Shown here: one piece after another, positions 1-10,055 of the stretch
How positions within the stretch are numbered: position 1 is the first letter of the stretch
Layout: every line of letters begins with the position of its first letter
From: Dickeya dadantii NCPPB 898
Lineage (GTDB): Bacteria; Pseudomonadota; Gammaproteobacteria; Enterobacterales; Enterobacteriaceae
Length of the DNA stretch: 32,000 nt
Assembly: GCF_000406145.1 (NCBI RefSeq)
Contig: NZ_CM001976.1
Span: forward strand, 2,468,967 to 2,500,966
Reading direction: 5' to 3'
Program-made: the position numbers and the translations under genes
Notes under the pieces: model-generated
Database searches by the model: none
Seen by the model: the letters and a program-made list of their open reading frames with translations, nothing else
What the model was told of the DNA's origin: nothing

Positions 1-21
1 CGCCTTAATAATAACCGCCGT

Positions 22-2067
22 TTATTCCACCAGTCCGCTTACCCGCAACACCCGCCGGTCGACCGCCTCCGCCAGCACCGTGCTGTGCTTCCCCACGCAG
101 CCGAGGCTGAACGCGTGTTTGGCGCGGGTAATACCGGTGTACACCAGTTCGCGGGTCAGGATCGGGCTTAAAGAATCCGGCAGCAGCAAGGCGGTGTGGG
201 CGAATTCCGACCCCTGGGATTTGTGCACCGTCATGGCGAACACCGTTTCCACCGCGGGCAGTCGCCCCGGCAGCACCCAGCGGATACCCGATGAGCCATC
301 GCCGGCCGGAAACGCCACCCTGGTCGCCCACCCCCATGAACCGTCCGGCTGGAGCAGCGGCACCTGTAGGGTGATGCCGATATCGCCGTTCATCAGCCGC
401 TGGCTATAATCGTTGCGGGTCACCATCACCGGCCGCCCCGGATACCAGCCTTGCCAGGCCGCCAGCAAGCCGTCCCGATACAGCAGTTGGGCGATGCGCC
501 CATTCATACTGTCGACGCCCCACGGCCCGTTGCGCAACGCGCACAACAGTTGGAACTGGCCGAAGGCATCCAGAATCTGCGCCGCCCAGATGTCGAACTC
601 GCTTTGCGGCGCCGTCAGCGCCGGCCGAGTCGAGGCCATCCGTCTCAGGTAGTTGCCGTAGCCCACCGGCGCCGCCGCAGCGGGCTGAGCGCCGAACCGA
701 TCGGCGGCGCCGTCAATAACCCATTCACGCAGCGCGCGGTTATCATTCGCCGTCAACGTCAGGCGCGCCAGGTCGGCATACCCCTGCCGCCAGACAGACG
801 CCAACGCCGCCGCATCGCCGGCGTTCACCGCCTCCGCCAGTTGGCCGATGCCGCTGTCAGCGCCAAAGCGGTAGCTGTGACGCAGCATGGCGATGGATTG
901 ATCCAGCGCGCTGCCTTGCGGGTCGAGCAGCGAATCGTCCGGCGCGTCCCCCGCCACCTCGCGTAACCAGTCGCGGGTCTGCGGCAGGTAATGCCCTTGT
1001 GCGGCGCGCTGGCACAGTTCGCCCATCAATGCGCCGGCTTCCACCGACGCCAGTTGATCTTTATCGCCCAGCAGAATCAGGCGGGACCGGGCCGGCATCG
1101 CCGCCAGCAGCGCCGCCATCATCTCCAGATCCACCATCGACGCTTCATCCACCACCAGCACATCCAGCATCAACGGATTATCGGCGTGATGACGGAAATG
1201 CCGGGTATCCGGCCGGCTGCCCAGCAACCGGTGCAGGGTCACCACCTCGCTATTGATATGCTCCCGAATAACCTCTCCCTGCGCCAGCCCATCCAGCGTC
1301 AGGCCGGCAATGGCCCCGGCAATCGACTCGTTCAGACGGGCCGCCGCCTTGCCGGTGGGCGCCGCCAGCCGAATCCGCAACGGCTTGCCGTGCTGTTCCA
1401 TCGCCAGCGACTGCAACAGCGCCAGCAGTTTCACCACGGTGGTGGTTTTCCCGGTGCCCGGCCCGCCGGTGATGATGCTGAAGGCACTGCCCGCCGCCAG
1501 CGCGCAGGCCAGTTTCTGCCAGTTGGCGGAGCCGGCCGCGGTGGCAGGAAACAGCGCATCCAACCGCTGGCGCAGCGCCGCTGGCGTTATCGCCGCCCGC
1601 AGCGCGTCGTTTTGTGTCAGTTGCTGCGTAATGGCGTGGCGCACATCCTGCTCGTATCGCCAGTAACGGCGCAGATACAGACGCGCGCCGACCAGCACCA
1701 GCGGCGTGCTGCCTTCCCCCGACGATACCAGTTGCGGCTGTTGCAACGCCGCCTGCCAGGACGACAGGGTAACGCCCGCCAGAACCTCCGCCGGGCGCGC
1801 AATCTTACGATTTTCACTGCGATCGCCTTCCGGCGGCAGCGCCAATGAAAACCCGCTGTCGGCAAGCGTGGCGTCCAGATCGAGGCACACATGCCCGCGC
1901 CCAAGCTGATAGCTGACCAGCGCCGCGCCCAGCAGCAACAAGGGCGACGCCTCCGGGCACTCCTGATGCAGAAAGCGCACCAACGCCCGATCCAGCTCCC
2001 GCAACCAGCCGCACTCAACCCACTGGTCCAGCAACAGGGTTAATTCGTCATAACGGGTTATGTTCAT
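22..2067 (-). CDS. recD: Exodeoxyribonuclease V alpha subunit RecD (SF1 helicase)
   Basis: 681-aa ORF. Motifs 'GGPGTGKTTTV' (Walker A), 'RLAAPTGKAAARL', 'LVVDEASMVD', 'MTVHKSQGSEF' and 'ELVYTGITRAK' are collinear with E. coli RecD as I recall it. The start overlaps the recB stop by 4 nt (2064-2067). Confidence 0.95.
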   Translation of the reverse strand: MNITRYDELTLLLDQWVECGWLRELDRALVRFLHQECPEASPLLLLGAALVSYQLGRGHVCLDLDATLADSGFSLALPPEGDRSENRKIARPAEVLAGVTLSSWQAALQQPQLVSSGEGSTPLVLVGARLYLRRYWRYEQDVRHAITQQLTQNDALRAAITPAALRQRLDALFPATAAGSANWQKLACALAAGSAFSIITGGPGTGKTTTVVKLLALLQSLAMEQHGKPLRIRLAAPTGKAAARLNESIAGAIAGLTLDGLAQGEVIREHINSEVVTLHRLLGSRPDTRHFRHHADNPLMLDVLVVDEASMVDLEMMAALLAAMPARSRLILLGDKDQLASVEAGALMGELCQRAAQGHYLPQTRDWLREVAGDAPDDSLLDPQGSALDQSIAMLRHSYRFGADSGIGQLAEAVNAGDAAALASVWRQGYADLARLTLTANDNRALREWVIDGAADRFGAQPAAAAPVGYGNYLRRMASTRPALTAPQSEFDIWAAQILDAFGQFQLLCALRNGPWGVDSMNGRIAQLLYRDGLLAAWQGWYPGRPVMVTRNDYSQRLMNGDIGITLQVPLLQPDGSWGWATRVAFPAGDGSSGIRWVLPGRLPAVETVFAMTVHKSQGSEFAHTALLLPDSLSPILTRELVYTGITRAKHAFSLGCVGKHSTVLAEAVDRRVLRVSGLVE

Positions 2068-5000
2068 GCCGTCGCCTCCGTTTCGCCGCTAAACAGGCGA
2101 TCCAGCGCCTCAATCAGCGATCGGTCCGGCCGCTCGGCGCACACGCCGCCGCCCGGCGCCTGACTGCCGCGCAGGAACAGGTATAACGCGCCGCCGACGT
2201 GACGGTCGTAGTCGTAATCCGGCAGGCGGGATTTCAGCAAGCGGTGCAGCGCGAACAGATACAGCGCCAGTTGCAGATCGTAACGGTGATCCAGCATGTC
2301 GCTCGCCATACGCGGTGGGTCATAGTCGGCGGCGTCCGCCCCCAGCCAGTTGGATTTGTAGTCCAGCACGTAGTAGCGCCCCTGATGTTCAAACACCAAA
2401 TCGATAAACCCTTTCAGCATGCCGTTAAGCTGTTCACGCATCAGCGCCGCACGCGGTTCACCCGCCAGCGTGGCGGCCCTGACCTGTTGATCCAATATCT
2501 GGGTGTCGACCTGATTGAGCGCAAACCAGAACTCCATTTCCACCTGATACTGCGTCAGCCCGGCCAGCGAGACTGCGCTGCCGGGTTGCGTCGGCAACGC
2601 CAGTGGCTGGCTAAGCAGCGTCATCAACCAGTCGGTGAGCATCGGTATCCACTGCGTCCAGCCTTGCCGGTTACAGCGCCGCGCCACCTGATCCTCCACC
2701 CGGGGCCGATCCGCCGCCAGCAAGGCGAAGCCCTCTTTCCCGGCCCACTCCAGCAGGCCGTGCAGAAAACTGCCCGGTGCCGCGCCGCGTGGAAAACTGT
2801 ACATGTCGAAGCCGGACGGCAACGGCGGCAGACGCTCCGTCGACGCCTGCGGTTCGCTAAAGGTTTCCTGCTTCGCGCTCTGCACTTCGGGCTCGTCGCC
2901 CGCAGCAGGTTCACGAAACTCGCGGTAATGCCCTTCCGGTGCCAGTTGTAAACCGGAATAGCTGGTGATACGCCAGCGGTGACTGCGCATATCCGGCAAC
3001 GGCGGCTCCTGCCCCAACGCCGGCGTATGCAGCTCGGCGCGATAGACAGCGTCATCCGTCTCCGGCAACGGCGCAATCTGGCTGTCCGCGCCGCACCAGG
3101 TCGACAGTTGTTGCGTCAGTTGCGCCGGTTCCAGCGGTTCGCCGGCGCCGAGCAGGTAACCAGGCGCGCTTTTCTCCAGCTCTTTCAGCGGCGCCATGCC
3201 AAGCCACATGGCGTAGCGGGCGCGGGTCAGCGCCACATAAAATTTACGCAGGTCCTCGCCCAGCCGCTCATGGTCGGCACGCTGCACCGCCTCGTCGCTG
3301 GCAATCAACTCAAGGCGCGGCTTCGCGTCATCATCATGAAATTTCAGCGGCACGTCCCGGTGGCTGACGGTGCGAAACGCACAGGCAAACGGCAGAAACA
3401 CCAGCGGATACTCCAGCCCTTTGGACTTGTGGACGGTGACCACCTTCACCAGATCGGCATCGCTTTCCAGCCGCAGTTTCAGGGTGTCGCCGCCGGGGTT
3501 ATCCGCCTGGCGCTGCTCCGCCAGATAGCGGATCAGCGCGTGCTCGCCGTCCAGATGCACGCTGGCCTGTTGCAGCAATTCCGACAGGTGCAGCATATCG
3601 GTCAGCGCGCGGGTATTATCGGCGGCCAGCAGCCGGCGCGGCACATCGAAATCCCACATTAGCCGCCGCAGCATCGGCAACACGCCTTGCTGTTGCCAGC
3701 AGCGCTGGTAGTGGTCAAATTGCATCACCCGGCGTTCCCACTCCTGCTCGTCGTGGTTTAAGCGGTCGAGCGCCTGCCAGCTCAGCCCCAGCGCTGGGGT
3801 CGCCAGCGCGGCGCGCAGCAGCCGATCGTTCTCTGGGTCGGCGCAGGCCGCCAGCCAGCAGTGCAGTTCGCCGGCCTGCGGACTGTCGAACACCGACTCC
3901 CGGTCCGACAGATACACGCTGCGCACGCCACGGGCGGAAAGTTGCGCCCGCACCGCCATCGCTTCGCGCCCGGTATTGACCAGCACCGCCATATCCCCCG
4001 GTTTGACCGGGCGCAGCGGCTGCCCCGGTACGGCAAAACCGGCCCGGCCTTGCCCGCCGAGTTGCAGCAGCCGCACCATTTCGCGGGCGCAGCCGGCAGC
4101 CATGCGCTGGCGGTATTCCGCCGACGACAGCGGTTCGTCCGTCGCCAGCGTCCAGCAGGTCAACGCCGCGGCGTCAGCGCCGTCCAGCACCCACGCCTCG
4201 TCGCGGCCGTTGGCCTGCACCGGTAAAAACGGCACCGGATTGTCGCCGTCCGGCTGACGAAACAGAAACGCCCCCGCGCCGTCGGCACGATTTTCCGCCT
4301 GCATGAACACCTGATTGACGGCGCCGACCATCGCCTGGGTGGATCGGAAGTTAGTGCCCAGCGTGTAATGCCGCCCGTCGGTATCGCGGCGGGCGCGCAA
4401 ATAGGTATAGATATCGGCGCCGCGAAACGCGTAAATCGCCTGTTTCGGGTCGCCGATCAGAATCAGCCCTTGCTGCGGGTCGTTGTCCGCCACCCGGTAA
4501 AGGGTATCGAAAATGCGGTATTGCAGCGGATCGGTGTCCTGAAACTCGTCGATCATCGCCACCGGGAATTGACGGCGAATACGCTGCGCCAGCCGTTCGC
4601 CGTTGTCGCTGCGCAGCGCGGCATCCAGCCGGGTCAGCAGGTCCTGAAACCCCATTTGCGCCCGGCTCTCCTGCTCGTGGCGAAACCGCTGGCTGACCCA
4701 ACGGCAGGCGTGCCGCAGTAACTGACTGCGCGGCTCCGGTAATTCGCTCAGCTGCTGCGGCAACGTCTCCATCGCGGTCAAGGCCGGATGCTGCGGCGCC
4801 TCTTCCGGCACTTTCCAGCACTCCCGCAACCCTTGCGGGGTCAGCCGCGTCCAGCCGGTGCCGATATCCAGCGTCGTCTCATCGCTGGTGGCCCAGTGGT
4901 GCAGTTTGTCCAGCCACGGCTCGAAATAGCGGGCCTGCAGCTTATGACCATTCGCCTTTTTCTGTGCCACCGCGTCGTTCAACAGGTCGCGCAACTCGAC

Positions 5001-5738
5001 GCACCACTGCGGCCAGGGCGCTTTCAGCGCGCTCAGACGGCGCGTTTTTTCTTCACGGACCGCGCTGAAAATCTGCGCGGGCAGCTCGTCGATGCCAATC
5101 TCGTCGGCGTACTCCAGCAGCGGCGTCACGCTGCGATAAAAGTGTTCCGGCGACGGCCAGCTATCGCGCAGTTCCAGCACATCGCGGGCATCAAGCGGAA
5201 AAAAGAACGTGCGCCAGTAATCGCGCACCACCTCCAGCAGCAAATCGCTCTGGTCGGTTTCCAGCGTCTGGTTAAACAGGCTGCCGCTGTCAAAGGCGTG
5301 TTCGCCCAGCATCCGATTACACCAGCTGTGGATGGTGGACACCGCCGCTTCGTCCATCCATTCAGCGGCCAGCTGCAATTTGCGCGCGCAGTCCGGCCAC
5401 TGTTCCGGCGGGTAGTCGGCGCGCAGTTCGCCCAGCAGCGGATCGACCGCGTCATCCTTGCCATCCGGCTGAAAGTAAGCGGCCGCCTGCGCCAGCCGGG
5501 CGCGAATACGGTCGCGCAGCTCGCGGGTGGCGGCATCGGTAAAGGTCACCACCAGAATGTCCGGCGGATTGAGCGGGCGAGAGAACGCCTGCTCGCCGCC
5601 GTGCCCCAACACCAGCCGCACATACAGCATGGCGATGGTGAAGGTTTTGCCGGTGCCGGCGCTGGCTTCGATCAGCCGGCTACCGGCGAGCGGAAAGCGC
5701 AGCACATCCAGCGGAGAAGGTAACGCACGCGCCGTCAT
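2064..5738 (-). CDS. recB: Exodeoxyribonuclease V beta subunit RecB (helicase-nuclease)
   Basis: 1224-aa ORF. UvrD/Rep-type motifs 'EASAGTGKTFTI', 'ILVVTFTDAATRELR', 'MIDEFQDTDPLQY' and 'TVHKSKGLEYPLVF' are present, followed by the C-terminal nuclease block 'GFIDLVFEHQGRYYVLDYKSN'. There are 4-nt overlaps with recC (5735-5738) and recD. Confidence 0.95.
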   Translation of the reverse strand: MTARALPSPLDVLRFPLAGSRLIEASAGTGKTFTIAMLYVRLVLGHGGEQAFSRPLNPPDILVVTFTDAATRELRDRIRARLAQAAAYFQPDGKDDAVDPLLGELRADYPPEQWPDCARKLQLAAEWMDEAAVSTIHSWCNRMLGEHAFDSGSLFNQTLETDQSDLLLEVVRDYWRTFFFPLDARDVLELRDSWPSPEHFYRSVTPLLEYADEIGIDELPAQIFSAVREEKTRRLSALKAPWPQWCVELRDLLNDAVAQKKANGHKLQARYFEPWLDKLHHWATSDETTLDIGTGWTRLTPQGLRECWKVPEEAPQHPALTAMETLPQQLSELPEPRSQLLRHACRWVSQRFRHEQESRAQMGFQDLLTRLDAALRSDNGERLAQRIRRQFPVAMIDEFQDTDPLQYRIFDTLYRVADNDPQQGLILIGDPKQAIYAFRGADIYTYLRARRDTDGRHYTLGTNFRSTQAMVGAVNQVFMQAENRADGAGAFLFRQPDGDNPVPFLPVQANGRDEAWVLDGADAAALTCWTLATDEPLSSAEYRQRMAAGCAREMVRLLQLGGQGRAGFAVPGQPLRPVKPGDMAVLVNTGREAMAVRAQLSARGVRSVYLSDRESVFDSPQAGELHCWLAACADPENDRLLRAALATPALGLSWQALDRLNHDEQEWERRVMQFDHYQRCWQQQGVLPMLRRLMWDFDVPRRLLAADNTRALTDMLHLSELLQQASVHLDGEHALIRYLAEQRQADNPGGDTLKLRLESDADLVKVVTVHKSKGLEYPLVFLPFACAFRTVSHRDVPLKFHDDDAKPRLELIASDEAVQRADHERLGEDLRKFYVALTRARYAMWLGMAPLKELEKSAPGYLLGAGEPLEPAQLTQQLSTWCGADSQIAPLPETDDAVYRAELHTPALGQEPPLPDMRSHRWRITSYSGLQLAPEGHYREFREPAAGDEPEVQSAKQETFSEPQASTERLPPLPSGFDMYSFPRGAAPGSFLHGLLEWAGKEGFALLAADRPRVEDQVARRCNRQGWTQWIPMLTDWLMTLLSQPLALPTQPGSAVSLAGLTQYQVEMEFWFALNQVDTQILDQQVRAATLAGEPRAALMREQLNGMLKGFIDLVFEHQGRYYVLDYKSNWLGADAADYDPPRMASDMLDHRYDLQLALYLFALHRLLKSRLPDYDYDRHVGGALYLFLRGSQAPGGGVCAERPDRSLIEALDRLFSGETEATA

Positions 5739-8700
5739 GGCTGGCCTCCTGATTTTTTATTCTTCGCCGACGCCGCTTTCATCGTCAGGTACAGCGGCGC
5801 CAGCAGTTGCTGCGTCCAGCGGGCAAACTCGCCGTTGGCCCACAGGTGGTCGAAACTCGGGAAAGCCCGCGCCAGATAGGCGTTAGACGCCGATTCGGCA
5901 AACTTGCGGTTGGCCGGATCATGTTCCTCATAACACTGACGTGCCGCCTTGCCCGCCTCACCGTCCGGCGGCTGATCCGGTTCTCCGCCCGTCTCCAGCC
6001 AGCGAAATCCGCTTTTCACCGCCAGCGGCAGCGGGTAACGCATGCCTTCCCGCCAGGCATCCACCAGCGCCTGCCAGTATACTTTCGCCTGCTCCGGCTC
6101 CAGCGTCGGCAGGTAAACGGTGCCGTTTTTGCTGACCAGCGTGCTGTGCAGTGGTTGCCCGCCAAGGTGCCCGGCCAGATGCGCCACCCAGAACGGCAAT
6201 AGCTTGTCGAAGCGATAGCTGCGCCGCGTGGGATGAAGCAACCCACCGCTTTCCAGCACCAGCCGGCACCGGTTGCCCTGCCCGTCTGTGCGCAGCTCGT
6301 TCAGCCAGTCTTCCAGCGGGACATCGGGCAGCGACAGCGCTTCGTCAGCCGTCGCTTCAGGCCATTTTTCCCGTTCCTGCTCGTAACGGGTGAACAGATC
6401 CGCCATCGGCTCCGCCAAATCCTGCTCCAGCACCGCGGTAAAGCCGCCCGGCGCCAGTTCGCCGCGCCGGGCGATGCGCGCCAGCTGTTCCGCCAGCGCC
6501 TGCTCGCGGGGGATACGCTGGCGTAACGCCGCGTGCTGCACCTGAATCAGCTCGTGTTGCAGGCGCCAGTTTTCCAGCGCGTCGATAGCAAACGGCTCCT
6601 GATCCTGGCTGGTGGCGTCTGCCTGCTCGAACCAGACATTGAGCCGCAGACGGAAGAAGCTGCGCACCGGGTCGCGGACAAAATCCGCCAGTTGGCGCAG
6701 CGTCAGCACACCGTCCTGCCGATACTCGTCCAGCGCGGTTTCCGTCGCCGGCGCGTTCTGCGGCAACAATCTATCTTGCGGCAACAGCCCGTCATCCTGC
6801 GGCAACAGCCCGGCGCGCCATTCGCGGGCATAGCTGAACAACGGGCTGCCGGCGGTAAAATAATCCGGGCTGAATGGCTGCAACCGGTGCTCTACCGTCA
6901 GCGCCGACAACACATCCTGCTCGTCGGCGGTCTGCCAGCCGTTACTCAAATGGTCGCGCAGTTGTGCCACCAGCACCGAGGGCGGCCGCTCGCTGTTGTC
7001 GTGAATGCTGCGTCCCACCCAACTGATATATAAACGTTCACGCGCCGACAGCAGCGCCTCCAGAAACAGATAGCGGTCGTCTTCGCGGCGGGAACGGTCA
7101 CCGGGGCGGTAATCCTGCCCCATCAGGTCGAAGTCCAGCGGCACCCGGTTGCGGGGATAGTCGCCATCGTTCATGCCCAGCAGGCAGACGTGGCGAAACG
7201 GGATGGCGCGCATCGGCATCAGGGTGGCGAAGGTAACAGCGCCGGCAAAAAACGGCTGGGTCAGGCTCGACTGCTCAAACAGCCCCAGCCAGTGTTCCCG
7301 CACCACCGACAGCGGCAACGCCTGTTCCAGCGCCACCGATTCGCAGGCCTCCAGCCAGTTCTGCAACCCTTCATCCAGTTGCAGCAGCATAAAGCCGTCC
7401 TCGCCCTCATCCGCCGTAAAAAACGTGCTCAGCAGCGCGCGTAACCGTTCGCCCCATTGCGTTGGCGTCGCGGGCTGACACAGCTGCTGCCAGCTGTAAT
7501 CCAGCCGGTCGAGCAGCAACGCCAGTTGACCGGCCAGTACCGCATCCAGCCCGCCGATTTCATCCAGCGGTTCGATATCCCGCCAGGCATCGCCGGTACC
7601 CACCGCGTAGCCCAGCAGCATGCGGCGCAGGCCGAAAAACCAGCTGTTTTGTTCCGGCGCGTCGGGCAAGTCGAGGCTCTGGCGCTGGCGGGCGTGCAGC
7701 CCCCAGCGCACGTTGGCGGCCCGAATCCAGCGTTGCAGCAGCGGCAACTGCTCTTCGGTGATGGCAAAACGCTGGCGCACCGCCGGCACTTCCAGCAAAT
7801 CCAGCACATCGCTGACCGCCACGCGCGACTGCGGCAAATTCAACAACCGCTCCAGCGCCGCCAGCAGCAGGTTGTTCTGGCGCGGCCCGCGGTCCGCCAC
7901 GCTAAACGGGATATAACGCGGGTCTTTCTGCCGGTCGATCAACCCAAACACCGCCTGAATGTGCGGCGCATAGCCGTTGATGTCCGGCACCATCACAATC
8001 ACGTCGCGCGGGCGCAGCGTCGGGTCGGCGGCAAACGCCGCCAGCAGTTGGTCGTGCAGCACTTCCACTTCGCGCTGCGCGCTGTGAGCGACATGAAAAC
8101 GGATCGAGCGATCCTGATGCGGATCGATGGCAGGCCAGCGCGCTCGGCTTTCCGCCAGCGGTCGCAAATCCCGAATGTCGTCCTGTAGTTGATTGAGCAG
8201 GCAGCTTTCGCCGTTGCTGTCGAACAGGTCAATGCGTGAAATCAGCGGCTGCAACAGCGATTCGTACTGCTCGCGCTGGTCGTATTCATCCAGCAGGCCG
8301 ATGTAATCCCGCCCCTGTTTACCCCAGGCCGCCAGCAGCGGGTGGGCATGCTGATGCAGCTCTTCCAGCGCGACCGCCTCCGGCATGCCGGGTTTGCGTT
8401 GCTGGCGGGCGCGTTCGGCGCGCAGCAGATCCTTGTCGGCGATAATATTGCCCCAGTAGTGCTCGCACGGGTTATGCACGCACATAAACACCTGGGTCCA
8501 GCGGCCGATGGCCGCCAGCAGTTCCAGCGCCTGCTGCGGCAGCGATGAAATCCCGAATACCATCACCCGGGACGGCAATCCCGCCGGCCGGTCGCCGTCG
8601 CCCCGCCGTTTTACCTCATCCAGAAAGCGGCGATGCAGCGCGGCGCGGCTGGTGCCGGACAGCGCTTCGCCGGTATCGGCCAGCAATGCGCGCCACAGCA

Positions 8701-9265
8701 GCGGCTGCCAGCGCTGATCGTCCGGCAATGGCTCCACGCCGCGCCGGCTGGTCGCCAGCACATCACGCCCGGCGGTCCAGTCAGCCAGCCAGTCGGCGCG
8801 ATACACCTGATACTGATCAAACAGGTCGGCCAGTCGTTCGGCCAACTGGTAGCGTTTACGTAGATCGGCATCCTGTTGCAGAAATCGCGCCAGCGCGGCG
8901 AATTCAGGCTGCGCCAGTAGCTCCGGCAACAACCGCACCAGCCGCCACACCAGCAGCGATTTATCGAACGGCGAGGTTTCCGGCACCTGATCGTGACCCA
9001 GCACCGAGCGGTAGACCTGCCAGAAAAAACGCGACGGTAACTCGACATCCAACGCTGCCGCCACGCCGCATCCGCCGTCACGGACATCACGCGCCAGCGC
9101 CAGTTTCAGCCACTGCCCGATGCCGTTGCTTTGCACCAGAATCAGCTCGTTTTCCAGCCCGCCCAGCGGATTAGCCGCCATCCACGACACCAGTACGTCG
9201 CGCAGGGCTTCAGGATGGTTGCTGTGGATCGCCATCAAACCGGGTTGTAACCTGTTTTCGCTCAT
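5735..9265 (-). CDS. recC: Exodeoxyribonuclease V gamma subunit RecC
   Basis: Blocks 'ILVQSNGIGQWLK', 'FHVAHSAQREVEVLHDQLL', 'LLGMNDGDYPR' and 'GDRSRREDDRYLFLEALLSA' are collinear with E. coli RecC as I recall it. The track ORF starts at 9292. I prefer the ATG at 9265 (MSENRLQ...), but start support is weak; 9292 and 9235 remain alternatives. Confidence 0.92.
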   Translation of the reverse strand: MSENRLQPGLMAIHSNHPEALRDVLVSWMAANPLGGLENELILVQSNGIGQWLKLALARDVRDGGCGVAAALDVELPSRFFWQVYRSVLGHDQVPETSPFDKSLLVWRLVRLLPELLAQPEFAALARFLQQDADLRKRYQLAERLADLFDQYQVYRADWLADWTAGRDVLATSRRGVEPLPDDQRWQPLLWRALLADTGEALSGTSRAALHRRFLDEVKRRGDGDRPAGLPSRVMVFGISSLPQQALELLAAIGRWTQVFMCVHNPCEHYWGNIIADKDLLRAERARQQRKPGMPEAVALEELHQHAHPLLAAWGKQGRDYIGLLDEYDQREQYESLLQPLISRIDLFDSNGESCLLNQLQDDIRDLRPLAESRARWPAIDPHQDRSIRFHVAHSAQREVEVLHDQLLAAFAADPTLRPRDVIVMVPDINGYAPHIQAVFGLIDRQKDPRYIPFSVADRGPRQNNLLLAALERLLNLPQSRVAVSDVLDLLEVPAVRQRFAITEEQLPLLQRWIRAANVRWGLHARQRQSLDLPDAPEQNSWFFGLRRMLLGYAVGTGDAWRDIEPLDEIGGLDAVLAGQLALLLDRLDYSWQQLCQPATPTQWGERLRALLSTFFTADEGEDGFMLLQLDEGLQNWLEACESVALEQALPLSVVREHWLGLFEQSSLTQPFFAGAVTFATLMPMRAIPFRHVCLLGMNDGDYPRNRVPLDFDLMGQDYRPGDRSRREDDRYLFLEALLSARERLYISWVGRSIHDNSERPPSVLVAQLRDHLSNGWQTADEQDVLSALTVEHRLQPFSPDYFTAGSPLFSYAREWRAGLLPQDDGLLPQDRLLPQNAPATETALDEYRQDGVLTLRQLADFVRDPVRSFFRLRLNVWFEQADATSQDQEPFAIDALENWRLQHELIQVQHAALRQRIPREQALAEQLARIARRGELAPGGFTAVLEQDLAEPMADLFTRYEQEREKWPEATADEALSLPDVPLEDWLNELRTDGQGNRCRLVLESGGLLHPTRRSYRFDKLLPFWVAHLAGHLGGQPLHSTLVSKNGTVYLPTLEPEQAKVYWQALVDAWREGMRYPLPLAVKSGFRWLETGGEPDQPPDGEAGKAARQCYEEHDPANRKFAESASNAYLARAFPSFDHLWANGEFARWTQQLLAPLYLTMKAASAKNKKSGGQP

Positions 9266-9468
9266 CGTTTTCTCTGGACAACTGGGTTGCATTAACGCCT
9301 CACCGAATTACGGCGGACCAGCGAATATCTTAGCATTCAATGGGATTGGGTGGGATACCGCGAACAATATCAGGGCGTTGCCGGCGAAGTCAGTTGAGAT
9401 TCAGGCAACCTAACCGGTGTGATTTTCCTGATACGGTTGTATCAGGGATGGGGCGCTGTCGGCACCGC

Positions 9469-9510
9469 AAAGAAAGGCAAAGAGAGACGATGACCGCTTC
9501 TCTCTTTGCC
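9469..9510 (-). terminator. Rho-independent terminator downstream of dspF
   Basis: A 12-bp perfect stem pairs 'ggcaaagagaga' (9476-9487) with 'tctctctttgcc' (9499-9510) around an 11-nt loop. On the minus strand it is followed by UUUCUUU, about 40 nt after the dspF stop. Confidence 0.6.
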
Positions 9511-9551
9511 GTATGCTCCTCTCTTTGCCGTCAATGTTGTCAGCAATGCGC

Positions 9552-10019
9552 TCAGGCGGCTTGAATCTCCGCCAGCGTCCGTTCGATAAACGTACGGGTT
9601 TCTTCCACCTGCCGAATGTAGCCGTTCATCAGCGCGCTGAAACCCGCTTCATCCAGTTTGTCGAGCGGATACTGACTGCACAGGCGCAGATTGTCGTACT
9701 CATCCAGCGCCAGCCAGCAACCACGCATCGCCGCCATCTCGAAATTGAGCAGCAGCATCAGGCGGTAGACAGCCAGCCGGTCTTCGCCTTTCAGGCTCAC
9801 CACCTGGCAGTGCAGCAGCAGATTGTCGCTGTGCGCCGGCACTTCAATCACCGCCGCCTCCCGACCGTCCGCGCCGTTCAGTACACAGATGCCGTTATTC
9901 AGCGTCAGGCGCTGCCGGTTGAACTGGCTAAAATGTTGCAGCAGCCGCGCCGCCAGTTGTTGTGCCGAGGTCGCTTGCGTTGAGGCTGAAGGCGTTGAGG
10001 CTAAGTGCGTTGATGTCAT
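9552..10019 (-). CDS. dspF: Type III secretion chaperone DspF/DspB (AvrF family) for DspE
   Basis: 155-aa ORF. 'AAVIEVPAHSDNLLLHCQ' and 'LLLNFEMAAMRGCWLALDEYDNLRLC' closely match E. amylovora DspF as I recall it. An AGGAG RBS sits 7 nt upstream of the ATG. The gene lies 36 nt downstream of the dspE stop on the same strand. Confidence 0.88.
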   Translation of the reverse strand: MTSTHLASTPSASTQATSAQQLAARLLQHFSQFNRQRLTLNNGICVLNGADGREAAVIEVPAHSDNLLLHCQVVSLKGEDRLAVYRLMLLLNFEMAAMRGCWLALDEYDNLRLCSQYPLDKLDEAGFSALMNGYIRQVEETRTFIERTLAEIQAA

Positions 10020-10055
10020 CGTATTGCTCCTGTTGTTGTTCGTTCCGTTGCCGAA

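Noticed and set aside
4884-4891. Chi octamers (GCTGGTGG at 4884-4891 and 6608-6615; complement at 1152-1159, 6967-6974, 13565-13572, 20408-20415)
   Set aside because: They occur in both orientations at a frequency unremarkable for GC-rich enteric-type DNA. I saw no positional pattern.
80-9174. Many long plus-strand ORFs inside recD/recB/recC (for example 991-1848, 2199-2951, 2979-3662, 4788-5723, 7457-8188, 8545-9174)
   Set aside because: They are antisense to genes with strong, collinear RecBCD homology. Their translations are Arg/Gln/Pro/Ala-rich low-complexity strings, typical of shadow ORFs in GC-rich DNA.
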